64,000 nucleotides of DNA from a bacterium (GCA_030699905.1 JAUYKQ010000010.1:2554-66553), one strand, 5' to 3'; counted from the stretch's first letter, positions 1 to 10,366 are shown. Program-made: numbers and translations. The notes: generated by a model not told the origin, from the sequence alone.

Positions 1-505
1 AGCTGACTATATCGGTAGAATCCCAGGGAAGCGGATTATCGCGGATAAAAACGCAGATGAACGCTGATTGGGACAATACCGAGGGAAGATTTGTGTACTA
101 AATAGTGGGAAACAGGACAATGAATAAATTCCTTCTGGAACTGCGTGCGTTCGGATACGTTCGGCCGTACACCCTTAAATGGGAAGCATCCAGATGTTCC
201 GACTTGAATTTATTTAGGCATGAGTGCTGGTGCCATGCTGTCTTGATCGTTCATCGACCCACTAAGGAGGAATCACCACCCTGCGCAGTATATTCCTCCT
301 TCCTACTATTTAGTACATGAATCGCCCGTAGAGACTAAACGTCAGCCACCCTAAACAGCATGTGTTCGGGTGAAGCTATAGTCCGATCCTCTGAAGTAAT
401 TCAGAGAGACAGGCAGAAATGTCCTGTCCGCGTTTCAGATTCGGGTATGATTCGGGATCGTCTTGATTCGAGTCAATTCGGATTTGTTTACGGAGTAACA
501 AGATG
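1..505 (+). mobile_element. Group I intron (5' part outside window) in 23S rRNA at E. coli position L2593; no endonuclease ORF visible
   Basis: P4/P6 'caataccgagggaag', P7 halves 'gtagagacta' (328-337) and 'tatagtcc' (377-384); ends in G505, followed by exon 'cgtaagacagg' = E. coli C2594GUGAGACAG. Confidence 0.9.
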
Positions 506-940
506 CGTAAGACAGGTTGGTCTCCTATCTACTGCAGGCGTTGATTCTTGAAGGGAGTCATCCCTAGTACGAGAGGACCGGGATGAACTGACCTCTGGTC
601 TACCTGCTGTTCCCGCCAGGGGCAACGCAGGGTAGCTATGTTGGGAGTGGATAACTTCTGAAAGCATCTAAGAAGGAAGCCAACCCTAAGATTAGGAATC
701 GAGCGTGCGAAGCACGCAGTTCATCAAGTTGAAAGTTCATAAAGTTGTAAAGTTTATAAAGTAAAAACAAAATTTTCTGTTCTTACTTGATAAACTTGAT
801 AAACTTTTTACTTTACAAACTTGTGATTTGCGCGCTTCGCGCGTGAAGGCCCGTGGCAGATGACCACGTTGATAGGCACCAGGTGTAAGCGTCGTAAGGC
901 GTTCAGCCGAGGTGTACTAATTCGCCGATTCTATTAGGAA
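506..940 (+). rRNA. rrl: 23S rRNA, 3' exon (partial gene; 3' end approximate)
   Basis: Sarcin-ricin loop 'ctagtacgagaggacc', 'ctgaaagcatctaag', 'gttgataggc', 'gtactaat'. Confidence 0.97.
703..844 (+). repeat. Palindromic insertion in 23S helix 98 (end module A, aaagtt-type repeat stem)
   Basis: Ends gcgtgcgaagcacgca / tgcgcgcttcgcgcgt around ~7-9 nt tandem 'aaagtt' repeats paired with 'aacttt' repeats. Confidence 0.9.
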
Positions 941-951
941 ACTTGTAAATC

Positions 952-980
952 CTCCATATCATATTTAATATGATATGGAG
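952..980. repeat. Perfect hairpin in 23S-5S spacer
   Basis: ctccatatcatat-tta-atatgatatggag. Confidence 0.7.
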
Positions 981-1095
981 AAAACTTAATCCTGTTACAT
1001 GGAATTTGATTTAAGCTACGTAGAGATACGTATGAAAAAAGCATGGCTTTTATGCAGGACAAAAAGGAAATTCAGAGTTGAAGTGCATTTGAAAA

Positions 1096-1349
1096 TCCTG
1101 TGTTGGTGATTTAACGCCGTGGGTACACCCGATCCCATTCCGAACTCGGCAGTTAAGCGCGGTAGTGGCGATGGTACCCGGCGCTTTGCGCGGAAGCGGC
1201 AAGGCAAGTTCGTCAAGTTATAAAGTGTAAAGTTCATCAAGTTAGAGAATTTCTTACTTGAAGAACTTGATGAACTTTTAACTTGATAAACTCACTTTGT
1301 CCGCTTGTGAACAAAGCGCCGGGGAGAGTAGCTAGTCGCCAACACAGGG
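1096..1349 (+). rRNA. rrf: 5S rRNA with 133-nt insertion in helix IV
   Basis: Helix I cctgtgttgg/ccaacacagg, 'cccattccgaac', 'gatggtac...gagagtag'; boxA-like 'gtgcatttgaaaat' just upstream. Confidence 0.93.
1184..1316 (+). repeat. Palindromic insertion in 5S (end module C, aaagtt-type stem)
   Basis: Gapless 118/133 identity to 12964-13096. Confidence 0.92.
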
Positions 1350-1456
1350 AGTTTAAATTTCAATCTCTTTTTCAATTTCTTGTTTTTCATAAAGCGGATA
1401 AAACCATGAAGCGGACACCCCCGCTTTTTTGTTATTGAAAATATTGTTATCATATA

Positions 1457-1493
1457 GGGACTGTTGCCAAAACGGATATTCGGCAACAGTCCC
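1457..1493. mobile_element. Internally deleted mini-copy of the MITE at 34055
   Basis: gggactgttgcc...tattcggcaacagtccc, same termini as 34055-34218. Confidence 0.7.
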
Positions 1494-1501
1494 ATCTAAC
1501 A

Positions 1502-2257
1502 ATGCCTTTATCTTGGTCATCAAAAAGACAGCTTAAGATTCTGTCGGCGTTAACCGCTCTGGTTCTTTTTCTCGTGGCTCTTCCTGCTTTTTTCGTCCTT
1601 TACGAAGAACCGACTTGTTCAGACGGCAACAAAAACCAAGGTGAACAAGGCGTTGACTGTGGCGGGCCATGTCCCGTTCTTTGCGAGGCGGAAGCTCTTT
1701 CGCCCGTAGTTCACTGGCAGAGGGCTTTTAAGGTTCAAGACGGCGTCTACAACGCGGTGGCTTATGTGGAGAACCCAAACCTTAATTCAGGAGCTTACGA
1801 TGTCCCTTACATTTTCAAATTATACGATTCGGAAAATATTTTAGTCCAGGAAAAGCGCGGTAGGGCTGATATACTGCCAAGGAAAATAACAGGCATCTTT
1901 GAAAGCGGTCTTTTGACCGGCAAACGCGTTCCCGCGCGAGCGACTTTTGAATTTTCAGGGAATTTTCTGTGGGTCAAAGAAGAGCCGGAGGATTTAGACG
2001 TGCGCGTAGTGAGCCGCATCCTTAAAAATGAAGAAACCGCGCCGAGAATTGACGCGGTGGTGGAAAATCTGTCTTTGGAAGAGGTTGTGAACGTTGAGAT
2101 TGTGGTTATAGTTTACAATACCGAAGGCAATGCCATGGCTTCATCTAAAACAATAGTGGACAAAATTCCCAAAGAAGGACAAGCTACCATCACTTTCACA
2201 TGGCCTGCTCCTTTCGGCGAGTCATCGGGAAGGATAGAGACGATAATAAACAGGTAA
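1502..2257 (+). CDS. Membrane-anchored hypothetical protein with Cys motif and FxLYD-like domains
   Basis: N-terminal TM, CSDGxxNQGExGVDCGGPC, FKLYD. Confidence 0.75.
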   Translation: MPLSWSSKRQLKILSALTALVLFLVALPAFFVLYEEPTCSDGNKNQGEQGVDCGGPCPVLCEAEALSPVVHWQRAFKVQDGVYNAVAYVENPNLNSGAYDVPYIFKLYDSENILVQEKRGRADILPRKITGIFESGLLTGKRVPARATFEFSGNFLWVKEEPEDLDVRVVSRILKNEETAPRIDAVVENLSLEEVVNVEIVVIVYNTEGNAMASSKTIVDKIPKEGQATITFTWPAPFGESSGRIETIINR

Positions 2258-2262
2258 CTCTA

Positions 2263-3411
2263 ATGTTCGCAAACATCATAAGCTCTTTCGGCGCGCTTTG
2301 GAAGAGACAAAACATTGATTGGGTATTGGCAGGGTCTGTATTACCACTCGTGGTTTCCGGCCTTGTAACAATGAACTCTTTTACCGGAGAGTCGTTTTTC
2401 TTTGAACGTCAGCTTGTGTGGGCTTCTCTCGGTTTTTTTGTCATGTTTGTTTTGAGTTTTGTGGATTGGCGGTTTCTGCGGAGAACAGATGTTTTAGTTA
2501 CCCTGTTTTCAGCGACTTGCGTGGTGCTTTTTCTCTTGTTTTTTTTAGGTAAGACCGTTAAAGGCGCTCAAAGTTGGTTTGACTTCGGTTTTTTCTCTTT
2601 TCAGCCGTCTGATCCGGCAAAAATAATGGTAATACTTATTCTTGCCAAATATTTTTCCAGACGGCATATAGAAATAGCCCATATCAGGCATATTCTTGTT
2701 TCCGGTTTTTACGCTTTTACGCTCTTTCTTCTGGTTTTTCTTCAGCCGGACTTTGGTTCCGCGATCATCATTTTCATGATTTGGTTTGGAATGGTTTTGG
2801 TTTCCGGCTTGTCAAAAAAACATGTTTTTGCCGTTTTTGCCGTTGCTGTTGTGACTTTTTCCGCCTTGTGGTTTTACGTTTTTGAGCCGTATCAAAAATT
2901 GAGGATAATGAATTTTATCCATCCGCTTGCGGATGTTCGCGGTTCCGGATATAACGCGCATCAGTCAACAATAGCAGTAGGTTCCGGAGAGGTTTTAGGC
3001 AAGGGCTTGGGATATGGAACACAGTCGCGACTTAAATTTCTGCCTGAATATGAGACCGATTTTATATTCGCGGCCTTCGCGGAGGAGTGGGGTTTTGTCG
3101 GTGTTACAATACTTTTCGCTTTTTTTGCGATGGTGATTTACCGCATACTTATGAACGCGGTATATGGAGCCACTAATTTTGAAACTCTTTATGCTTTAGG
3201 TTTGGCCATTCTTTTTATGAGTCATTTTGTAATACACATCGGCATGAATATCGGTGTCTTGCCGGTTACCGGTACGACGGTGCCTTTTTTAAGCTACGGA
3301 GGCAGTCATCTGCTCACGGAGTTTTTGGGGCTTGGGATACTCATGGGAATGCGTCGTTACAACAGGGCGACGCACAGAGAGATGGTGAAAAATGAAATAG
3401 TTGGTATATGA
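2263..3411 (+). CDS. rodA: Rod shape-determining protein RodA (SEDS family)
   Basis: GAQSW, FQPSD, QPDFG, PEYETDFIFA, GTTVPFLSYGGS. Confidence 0.92.
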   Translation: MFANIISSFGALWKRQNIDWVLAGSVLPLVVSGLVTMNSFTGESFFFERQLVWASLGFFVMFVLSFVDWRFLRRTDVLVTLFSATCVVLFLLFFLGKTVKGAQSWFDFGFFSFQPSDPAKIMVILILAKYFSRRHIEIAHIRHILVSGFYAFTLFLLVFLQPDFGSAIIIFMIWFGMVLVSGLSKKHVFAVFAVAVVTFSALWFYVFEPYQKLRIMNFIHPLADVRGSGYNAHQSTIAVGSGEVLGKGLGYGTQSRLKFLPEYETDFIFAAFAEEWGFVGVTILFAFFAMVIYRILMNAVYGATNFETLYALGLAILFMSHFVIHIGMNIGVLPVTGTTVPFLSYGGSHLLTEFLGLGILMGMRRYNRATHREMVKNEIVGI

Positions 3412-3426
3412 TATCGTCTAAGTCGC

Positions 3427-4689
3427 TTACGCGTCGTACACGTTGACTGTTTTTATTAGCATTTCTTCAAATGAAAAGTCGGACATTATTTTTTCTTTGA
3501 GTTTGGCGCCAAACTGTTTTCTGTGGTTTTTACGAAGTATCAGGAATTTAATGGCGCTCCTTAACTCTTCGGCCGATTCCGGCCTTACTAAAATTCCAGA
3601 TTCCATGTCAGTGATTATTTCCGGTATTCCGCCGACACTTGAAGCCACTACCGGCAGACCGGCGGCTCCCGCTTCCAAAACGGCGTAAGGCAGACCTTCT
3701 TTTAGGGAAGGGAACAAGAACAAATCAAGTCCTTTCAAGAAGACAGACGCCTCTTCCATATGACCCTTGAATTTGACGCTGTCTTGAATTTCGTACTTTA
3801 AAACCTGACTTTCCAGATTCTGTCTTTCTTCTCCTTCGCCTACCACGACCAAGACAAAATGTTTATAAGGCAATCCATACAGTTCTTTGTCTTTTAAAAT
3901 GTCGGCAAAGGCCTTTATCGCAAAAAACAGGCCTTTGTTTTTATGAAGTTCTCCAAGAGTTCCTATCATGAATGTTTCTTTGCCGTGTTTGTCATCCGAC
4001 ATTTCTTCTCTGGATTCGGACATTTTTTTGAATTTTTGAGGTCTGACGCCGTTTCTTATGAGGGTGATTTTGTCTTTGGATGTTAAGAAGCAAGGGGAAA
4101 GGTTCTCGTCATCCTTGGAAACGGCAATAACTCGGTCGGAGAAAAACACTGAAAGCCAAGATCCAAAAAACGATACGGCGCGAAAAAAGATGCCCCGTTT
4201 TTCTTTAAATGGCCAGCCGTGAACAGTGAATACGACTCGCGCGGAACTCGCCGTTTGGCTGTCCGTGTTCAAAAATGGAATATGGGAAACAAAATTTGTT
4301 AAAAAAGATGCTAAAGAGCCGAGGAATGCCGCCTTGGGACTGTTTAAATGTATAATGTCAGGCCTTTCTTTTCTTAGGATTTTTACAAGTTCCCAGAGTG
4401 ATTTAAATTCTCCCAGAAAAAAAATTTCCCGCGTAAAAGTTTTGACAAAAACAGTCCTGACTTTTTTTAGGGAAAGTTTTCTCGCAAGCTCTCCGGGTGC
4501 GCTTCCCATGGCACCCGTCCCGCCAAGCACTACCACGTTTTCGTATTTTTCCTTTGGCAGGGAAGTCGCCAAGTCATAAACGTATCTTTGAGCTCCTCCC
4601 CAGTTGCTTTTGGTTATCACAAAAAGCACTTTCTTTTTCAGCACCGGTTCCATGTCTGTATTATATTTCTTTTTTTGGTTTTCCGCCAT
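3427..4689 (-). CDS. Glycosyltransferase family 4
   Basis: GGAQRY, HKNKG, SLKEGLPYAVLEA. Confidence 0.9.
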   Translation of the reverse strand: MAENQKKKYNTDMEPVLKKKVLFVITKSNWGGAQRYVYDLATSLPKEKYENVVVLGGTGAMGSAPGELARKLSLKKVRTVFVKTFTREIFFLGEFKSLWELVKILRKERPDIIHLNSPKAAFLGSLASFLTNFVSHIPFLNTDSQTASSARVVFTVHGWPFKEKRGIFFRAVSFFGSWLSVFFSDRVIAVSKDDENLSPCFLTSKDKITLIRNGVRPQKFKKMSESREEMSDDKHGKETFMIGTLGELHKNKGLFFAIKAFADILKDKELYGLPYKHFVLVVVGEGEERQNLESQVLKYEIQDSVKFKGHMEEASVFLKGLDLFLFPSLKEGLPYAVLEAGAAGLPVVASSVGGIPEIITDMESGILVRPESAEELRSAIKFLILRKNHRKQFGAKLKEKIMSDFSFEEMLIKTVNVYDA

Positions 4690-4731
4690 AAAACTGGAAA
4701 TTGCGCGCCCCATGTTGTATCATGTGGGTAC

Positions 4732-6081
4732 ATGTCAGTGAACAACCGCAAAGAAGCCATAGTATTGCTTTTGGGCGACATAATACTTTTGTATTTCGGT
4801 CTCTGGCTCACTTTGTTCGCGCGCCATGGCCGATTGCCGGATAGCGAGCTTCTTTTGGCTCACATAGTTCCTTTTTCTTTCATTTTTCTTGCGTGGCTTA
4901 CTGTCTTTTTTGTAGCCGGTCTTTACGGAAGCCACACTCTTATTTTCAAAAGACGTCTGCCCGGTCTTCTGTTCAAATCTCAAATAGTAAACAGTATTAC
5001 GACTGTTGTTTTTTTCTACGTTATTCCATACTTCGGCATCACTCCGAAAACCATACTTTTCATTTATCTTGTGATTTCTTTCGGTCTGGTTTTGTTTTGG
5101 CGTCTTTACGGTTTCTCCGCTGTCATAAACCCCGCGAAAGAAAACGCAATAATAATCGGCCGTGGAGAAGAACTGAAGGAAATTTTCTACGAAGTCAATT
5201 ATAATCCCAGATACAGCATGAAGTTTATTTCCTCAATAGACACCGACGCGTTGGAGATGATTGACTTTCAGTCCGAAATAGTTGAAAGGGTTTATTCTGA
5301 AAATGTCACTCTTTTTGCCTTGGATTTGCATAATGAAAAGATAAAACCGTTTGTCCCGCATCTTTACAACCTTATCTTTTCCGGCGTCCACTTTGTGGAT
5401 ATGCATAAAATGTATGAAGATATTTGGGGAAGAGTGCCACTGTCGCTTGTTAAATACAACTGGTTTTTGGAAAATATCTCCAGCACGCCCAAGTCATTAT
5501 TTGACGTGTTTAAAAGAAGTATGGATATATTGGTCTCAATACCTCTTCTTTTTGTGCCGGCGGTTTGTTTCCCTTTTGTTTTTGTGGCTATGAAATTGGA
5601 AGACGGCGGTGGCGTCTGGAGCGTGCAGGAGAGAGTAGGCAAGAATAACCTGAAAATAAAGATACTGAAGTTTCGCACAATGACTGTTTCAAACGATTTC
5701 GGCCAGTGGGGCAAAGTTCAAAATAAAGTAACTCGGGTCGGAAATTTTCTAAGAAGGACAAGGTTGGACGAGTTTCCGCAGTTGTGGAACGTGCTTAAGG
5801 GAGACATTTCGCTCATAGGTCCTCGGCCGGAATTTGCCGAAGCGGTAAAACATTATACGGACGAGATACCCTATTACAACGTTAGGCATCTTATAAAACC
5901 GGGTCTTTCCGGATGGGCACAGCTTTATCACGAAAATCATCCTCACCACAAAGCGGACGTTTCCGAAACAAAAGTCAAACTTTCTTACGATTTGTATTAC
6001 ATCAAGAATCGTTCGTTTTGGTTGGATTTTAGGATAGCCCTGCAGACGGTGCGGACATTGTTGTCGCGGTCGGGAATGTAA
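4732..6081 (+). CDS. Polyprenyl-phosphate sugar phosphotransferase (WcaJ/WbaP-like)
   Basis: KFRTM, RLDEFPQLWNVLKGDISLIGPRPE, KPGLSGWAQ. Confidence 0.92.
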   Translation: MSVNNRKEAIVLLLGDIILLYFGLWLTLFARHGRLPDSELLLAHIVPFSFIFLAWLTVFFVAGLYGSHTLIFKRRLPGLLFKSQIVNSITTVVFFYVIPYFGITPKTILFIYLVISFGLVLFWRLYGFSAVINPAKENAIIIGRGEELKEIFYEVNYNPRYSMKFISSIDTDALEMIDFQSEIVERVYSENVTLFALDLHNEKIKPFVPHLYNLIFSGVHFVDMHKMYEDIWGRVPLSLVKYNWFLENISSTPKSLFDVFKRSMDILVSIPLLFVPAVCFPFVFVAMKLEDGGGVWSVQERVGKNNLKIKILKFRTMTVSNDFGQWGKVQNKVTRVGNFLRRTRLDEFPQLWNVLKGDISLIGPRPEFAEAVKHYTDEIPYYNVRHLIKPGLSGWAQLYHENHPHHKADVSETKVKLSYDLYYIKNRSFWLDFRIALQTVRTLLSRSGM

Positions 6082-6169
6082 AGCAGAGCGTGGAACGTGT
6101 AGCATGTAGCATGGAACATAAAAAGAAAATTCTTTTTCTGAATTTAAGGGCGAGTTTGGCGATTTGTTT

Positions 6170-6290
6170 GAATATGTTCCAGCCCGCCATAACCCCACGA
6201 CACTTTGGCCGACAATTCCTTGGCAAAGAAACTTATCGGTTGGGAGCCGGAGGTGACGCTGGAGGAAGGGATTGATAAACTTAAAGAATT
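6170..6290 (+). pseudogene. 3' remnant of NAD-dependent sugar epimerase
   Basis: Translates HDTLADNSLAKKLIGWEPEVTLEEGI with no upstream part of the gene. Confidence 0.7.
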
Positions 6291-6332
6291 CTGTCATGAT
6301 AAGTTCGTAAGTTTTATAGTAAATACAAAAAT

Positions 6333-6731
6333 ATGAAAAATTCTAAAAACAGTAGATGGGTTAGCGTGATAGTCGGGACACTTTTTCTGTTCGTCGGAAT
6401 ACTATGGTCTATTTCGTCATTTCAGGGTTTCGAACGACATTTTATCAATACGATTCTTATACCGACAGTTTTCATATTTGTCGCGTTTGTATTATTCAAC
6501 TTGCCTTCGGAAAAAGATGGGGATAATTTAGAAACAAAAACAAACCGCTTAGCATCTGTAAGGGGTTCCGCCATTGTCTTTTTAGTGAGTATTGTGGTTG
6601 TTTTTGTCGTTCTTTACTTTGATGTTTCATCAGGAGGTTTGGGCATGTCTTCAATATTTACAATTCCATTGGCAGTAATTTGTTTTATCGTTCTGGTAAT
6701 TCAGCTAATTCTTTATTTCGGTAAAATGTAG
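6333..6731 (+). CDS. Small 4-TM hypothetical membrane protein
   Basis: 132-aa hydrophobic ORF, AT-rich. Confidence 0.75.
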   Translation: MKNSKNSRWVSVIVGTLFLFVGILWSISSFQGFERHFINTILIPTVFIFVAFVLFNLPSEKDGDNLETKTNRLASVRGSAIVFLVSIVVVFVVLYFDVSSGGLGMSSIFTIPLAVICFIVLVIQLILYFGKM

Positions 6732-6782
6732 AGTGGGATTAAAATGGAAAAAGCAAAACTTACAAAAGAAGAGAAAGGACTG

Positions 6783-6836
6783 CTTGGCAAAGAAACTTAT
6801 CGGTTGGGAGCCGGAGGTGACGCTTGAGGAGGGGAT
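6783..6836 (+). repeat. Direct repeat of 6219-6272 (epimerase 3' fragment)
   Basis: 52/54 identical. Confidence 0.9.
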
Positions 6837-6868
6837 CGGGGAGTTAAGTAGAAGTTTTAAAAGTTAAC

Positions 6869-7282
6869 ATGAAATTTGTGAACATGAGCCGAACAAAAAT
6901 AACAGCTGTTATAGCGGCAATAATGCTTTTTGTGGCGGGAATATTTATATATGGGATTAGAAAACCGATCTGGTTTGATAGCGGTTTACCAAATGAATTT
7001 TATGGAGGGATTGTTATCCTGTTTAGCATTTTCCACCTACATATCGCGCTTAGTAAAGAAAAATACGATTACCTCACGGGACTGAATGTATCAAGCATAA
7101 TTGCATCTATTTATTATTTTTTGATATGGAATTACGAATTAAATAATCCTACTTCCAATCTTGGTTTAGAGTTCGTCGTTGAGTTCCCGATTATGGTTGC
7201 CGTAATTTTGTTTTATGCGCTTGCTCTTATTCTGAATATTGCCGATTTTCTTTCAAAGATTATTCAAAAAGTAAGAAAATAA
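6869..7282 (+). CDS. Small 4-TM hypothetical membrane protein
   Basis: 137-aa hydrophobic ORF, AT-rich. Confidence 0.75.
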   Translation: MKFVNMSRTKITAVIAAIMLFVAGIFIYGIRKPIWFDSGLPNEFYGGIVILFSIFHLHIALSKEKYDYLTGLNVSSIIASIYYFLIWNYELNNPTSNLGLEFVVEFPIMVAVILFYALALILNIADFLSKIIQKVRK

Positions 7283-7517
7283 TTACCTTTTGACAAGGAA
7301 CCCGAATAAAACCTTTGTTTCTAAGGTAAAAAACGCCTAATACTGACCAGTATTAGCCGTTTTTAGAGGTCCGCACTCATTTCATTACTTTGAGTTACGA
7401 AACTCTATAGGCGGTTCGTTGGAATTGCGTGTAAAAAATTGTGTCATAATTTGAACATTCAAAAAACGGCTATGGCAAAACATTGAAAATTCTGTTGATA
7501 TCCGCTATCATACCGGT

Positions 7518-8801
7518 ATGCTTAAGCACAGAATATGGGCCGTCATAATTTTACTTGCCGCTGTCGGTTTGGGTTTTTTTGTTTTCTCGTCCGAGAAAAA
7601 CAAAACCGATTTCGCTTTTGAATACGGTCTGGACCTTACCGGCGGTACCCATCTTGTTTATAAAGCTCAAACTCAAGAAATTCCTTCCGGTGAACGAGAT
7701 GAGGCGATGCGCTCCCTTCGCGATGTTATTGAAAGGCGTGTCAATCTTTTTGGCGTTTCAGAGCCAATTGTCCAGGTTGAAAAGAGCATTCTCCAAGACG
7801 ATGACCGTCTGATAGTGGAGTTGCCGGGAGTCACAGACGTTGAAGAGGCCGTAAAAAGGATAGGCCAAACGCCGGTTTTGGAATTCCGACTCGGTCTTGA
7901 TATTTCGGATTTCACCGAAGAAGAAATATCCGCTTTAACTGGCGAAGATTTCTGGCAGTACACGGGTCTTACCGGCCGTCTTGTAAAGAGAGCTCAAGTT
8001 TCTTTTGAGGGTGGAGCCACGGGAGTGGCCGAGCCCGCTGTGCTTTTGACCTTCAATGATGAAGGTGCGGAGCTTTTCGCGAGCATTACCAGAGACAATA
8101 CCGGCCAGGTTTTAGGCATATTTCTTGATGGGATACTGATATCGGATCCGGTAATACGGGAAGAGATTCCTACCGGTACTGCCGTTATCTCCGGCAATTT
8201 CAACGCCCAAGATGCCCGTGAGCTTGTTCGAGACCTGAATTTCGGCGCCTTGCCTGTTCCTGTTGAACTCATCTCCACAGAGTCCATCGGCCCCACTCTC
8301 GGTAAAGAGGCCTTACAAAAAGGGCTTAAGGCCGGAGCCGCGGGGCTCTTCCTTGTGGTCGTGTTCATGCTTCTCTGGTACCGTTTGCCCGGTTTAGTCG
8401 CTGTTTTGTCTTTATCTGTTTATCTGGTGTTGATGCTCGCGGTATTCAAGCTCGTGCCGGTTGTTCTTACGGCAGCCGGAGTCGCGGGATTCATAATTTC
8501 AATAGGAATGGCGGTGGACGCCAACATTCTGATTTTTGAACGTCTGAAAGAAGAAATACGCGAAGGCAAGACCGGAGCCGAAGCGGTGCATAGCGCTTTT
8601 AAACGCGCGTGGCTCGCTATTCGTGATGGGAATCTGACCAGCATTCTTACCGCCATCGTGCTTTTTTACGCAGGCACTTTTCTTACACAAAGCTTTGCCT
8701 TAACATTTGGCATGGGTGTTTTGCTTAGCATGCTGACGGCGGTAACCATAACGAGGACATTTCTTTTGGCAATAGTTCGCAAATCTTATTCGGGTAATTA
8801 G
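7518..8801 (+). CDS. secD: Protein translocase subunit SecD
   Basis: GLDLTGG, RRVNLFGVSEP, IGMAVDANILIFER. Confidence 0.97.
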   Translation: MLKHRIWAVIILLAAVGLGFFVFSSEKNKTDFAFEYGLDLTGGTHLVYKAQTQEIPSGERDEAMRSLRDVIERRVNLFGVSEPIVQVEKSILQDDDRLIVELPGVTDVEEAVKRIGQTPVLEFRLGLDISDFTEEEISALTGEDFWQYTGLTGRLVKRAQVSFEGGATGVAEPAVLLTFNDEGAELFASITRDNTGQVLGIFLDGILISDPVIREEIPTGTAVISGNFNAQDARELVRDLNFGALPVPVELISTESIGPTLGKEALQKGLKAGAAGLFLVVVFMLLWYRLPGLVAVLSLSVYLVLMLAVFKLVPVVLTAAGVAGFIISIGMAVDANILIFERLKEEIREGKTGAEAVHSAFKRAWLAIRDGNLTSILTAIVLFYAGTFLTQSFALTFGMGVLLSMLTAVTITRTFLLAIVRKSYSGN

Positions 8802-8830
8802 AGTTTTTAAATTCGGGACTGATTAGAGAT

Positions 8831-9769
8831 ATGACTATTATAAAATACAAAAAAATATTCTTTATCGTTACGGCTATTTTCATAGTGGCCGCCATCGCGT
8901 CTATTTCCTTCTTTGGTCTTTCCGTGAGCATTGATTTTACCGGTGGATCCATATTTGAAATAAACTACTCGGCAGAAAGGCCGACAAAAGCGGCGCTTGA
9001 GGAAAGGTTAAGTGGGGAAGGGATAAACGGCTTTTCCGTCCGTCCTTTGGGAGATAGAGGTTTTATCATACGCACGCCCGAGGCGGGGGACGACGAGAGA
9101 GCAAAGGTAGCAAGCGCGATATCTTGGGAAAGTTACGAGTCGTCAATAGACCGTTTCAGCTCTATCGGTCCGACCGTCGGCAGTGAACTGAAAACCAAGG
9201 CCCTTATCGCCATCATCGTTGTTCTTTTGATTATAATTTTCTACATTGCCTACACTTTCAGAAAAGTCGGCGGAGAAAAAGACAGCGTTTCGGCAAGGAC
9301 GGAAGTGGAAACGTTGCCTTCTTCTTTGAAATACGGACTTACCGCCATAATAACTTTAGGACACGACATTATCGTGCCAGCGGGAGCTTTTGCCGTTTAC
9401 GGGTATTTTACAGGCGCTCAAGCAGATGTTCTTTTTGTCATGGCGCTTCTTGCCATACTCGGTTATTCCGTCAATGACACCATAGTCATTTTTGACCGCG
9501 TACGAGAGAATCTTCTCAATAACAAAAAAGATAACCACAAAGAAACATTTGACGAAACGGTCGGCAAAAGCTTGTCTCAAACATACGCTCGTTCCATAAA
9601 CACTTCTCTGACCACTCTTTTTGTTCTCATAACTCTGTTTTTTATCGGTAGCGAAACAACCGCCGCCTTTGCCTTTACTTTGCTTGTTGGCGTCATCGCC
9701 GGCTCGTACTCGTCCATCTGTTTCGCCGCGCCGCTTCTTACGTCGTTCGCGAAAAAAACCCATAATTAA
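8831..9769 (+). CDS. secF: Protein translocase subunit SecF
   Basis: IDFTGG, GYSVNDTIVIFDRVRE, RSINTS. Confidence 0.97.
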   Translation: MTIIKYKKIFFIVTAIFIVAAIASISFFGLSVSIDFTGGSIFEINYSAERPTKAALEERLSGEGINGFSVRPLGDRGFIIRTPEAGDDERAKVASAISWESYESSIDRFSSIGPTVGSELKTKALIAIIVVLLIIIFYIAYTFRKVGGEKDSVSARTEVETLPSSLKYGLTAIITLGHDIIVPAGAFAVYGYFTGAQADVLFVMALLAILGYSVNDTIVIFDRVRENLLNNKKDNHKETFDETVGKSLSQTYARSINTSLTTLFVLITLFFIGSETTAAFAFTLLVGVIAGSYSSICFAAPLLTSFAKKTHN

Positions 9770-9819
9770 AGTCGTGGCAGTCAACCGTCTTCCTGTGGCT
9801 TTTTTGTTGATTAACTTCA

Positions 9820-9890
9820 TTGACAACACATTCAATATGAGTATAATAGCCGATACTGCCTTCAAAGGAGAAGGTGTGGACTTTGACAAT
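9820..9890 (+). promoter_or_regulatory. sigma70 promoter of 16S gene plus boxA-like site
   Basis: TTGACA(9820)-16 bp-TATAAT(9842); 'gactttgacaat' boxA-like. Confidence 0.85.
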
Positions 9891-10250
9891 TAAAACTTGA
9901 AATATTAAAGATTTGAGACGTGCAAGGTCTCAAAGTCTATTCCTTCCCGGCAGTAGAGAATTAAAAATTTTCACTGCGGGAAAAAAATGATTCCACCGGC
10001 TGACTAAGACAGCCGGCAGAGCAAGTTCAAACTCTTAAAACAACAAACAAAATTTCAGCAAAAACTGTCTTTTGTTTTGTTCCGTTCTAAAAATGCAGAC
10101 AAGATGCAAACAAAACTCCGGCGGACGAGGGAGGCAACTCCTCCGTAGGTCGGAGCGATGTAGGCAATAATGTCCTCATTTCTTAAATTAGAGTTTGATC
10201 CTAGCTCAGGATGAACGCTGGCGGCGTGGATAAGGCATGCAAGTCAAGGG

Positions 10251-10366
10251 TGTGTGCGGAGCACACAGTTTATAAAGTTATAAAGTCATAAAGTTCATAA
10301 AGTCAGAATCTTCTGCTTTACAAACTTTTTACTTTACGAACTTGTAACTTGTGCGCTTCGCGCACA
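10251..10366 (+). repeat. Palindromic insertion in 16S h6 (module A, aaagtt-type stem)
   Basis: tgtgtgcggagcacaca...tgtgcgcttcgcgcaca. Confidence 0.9.
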
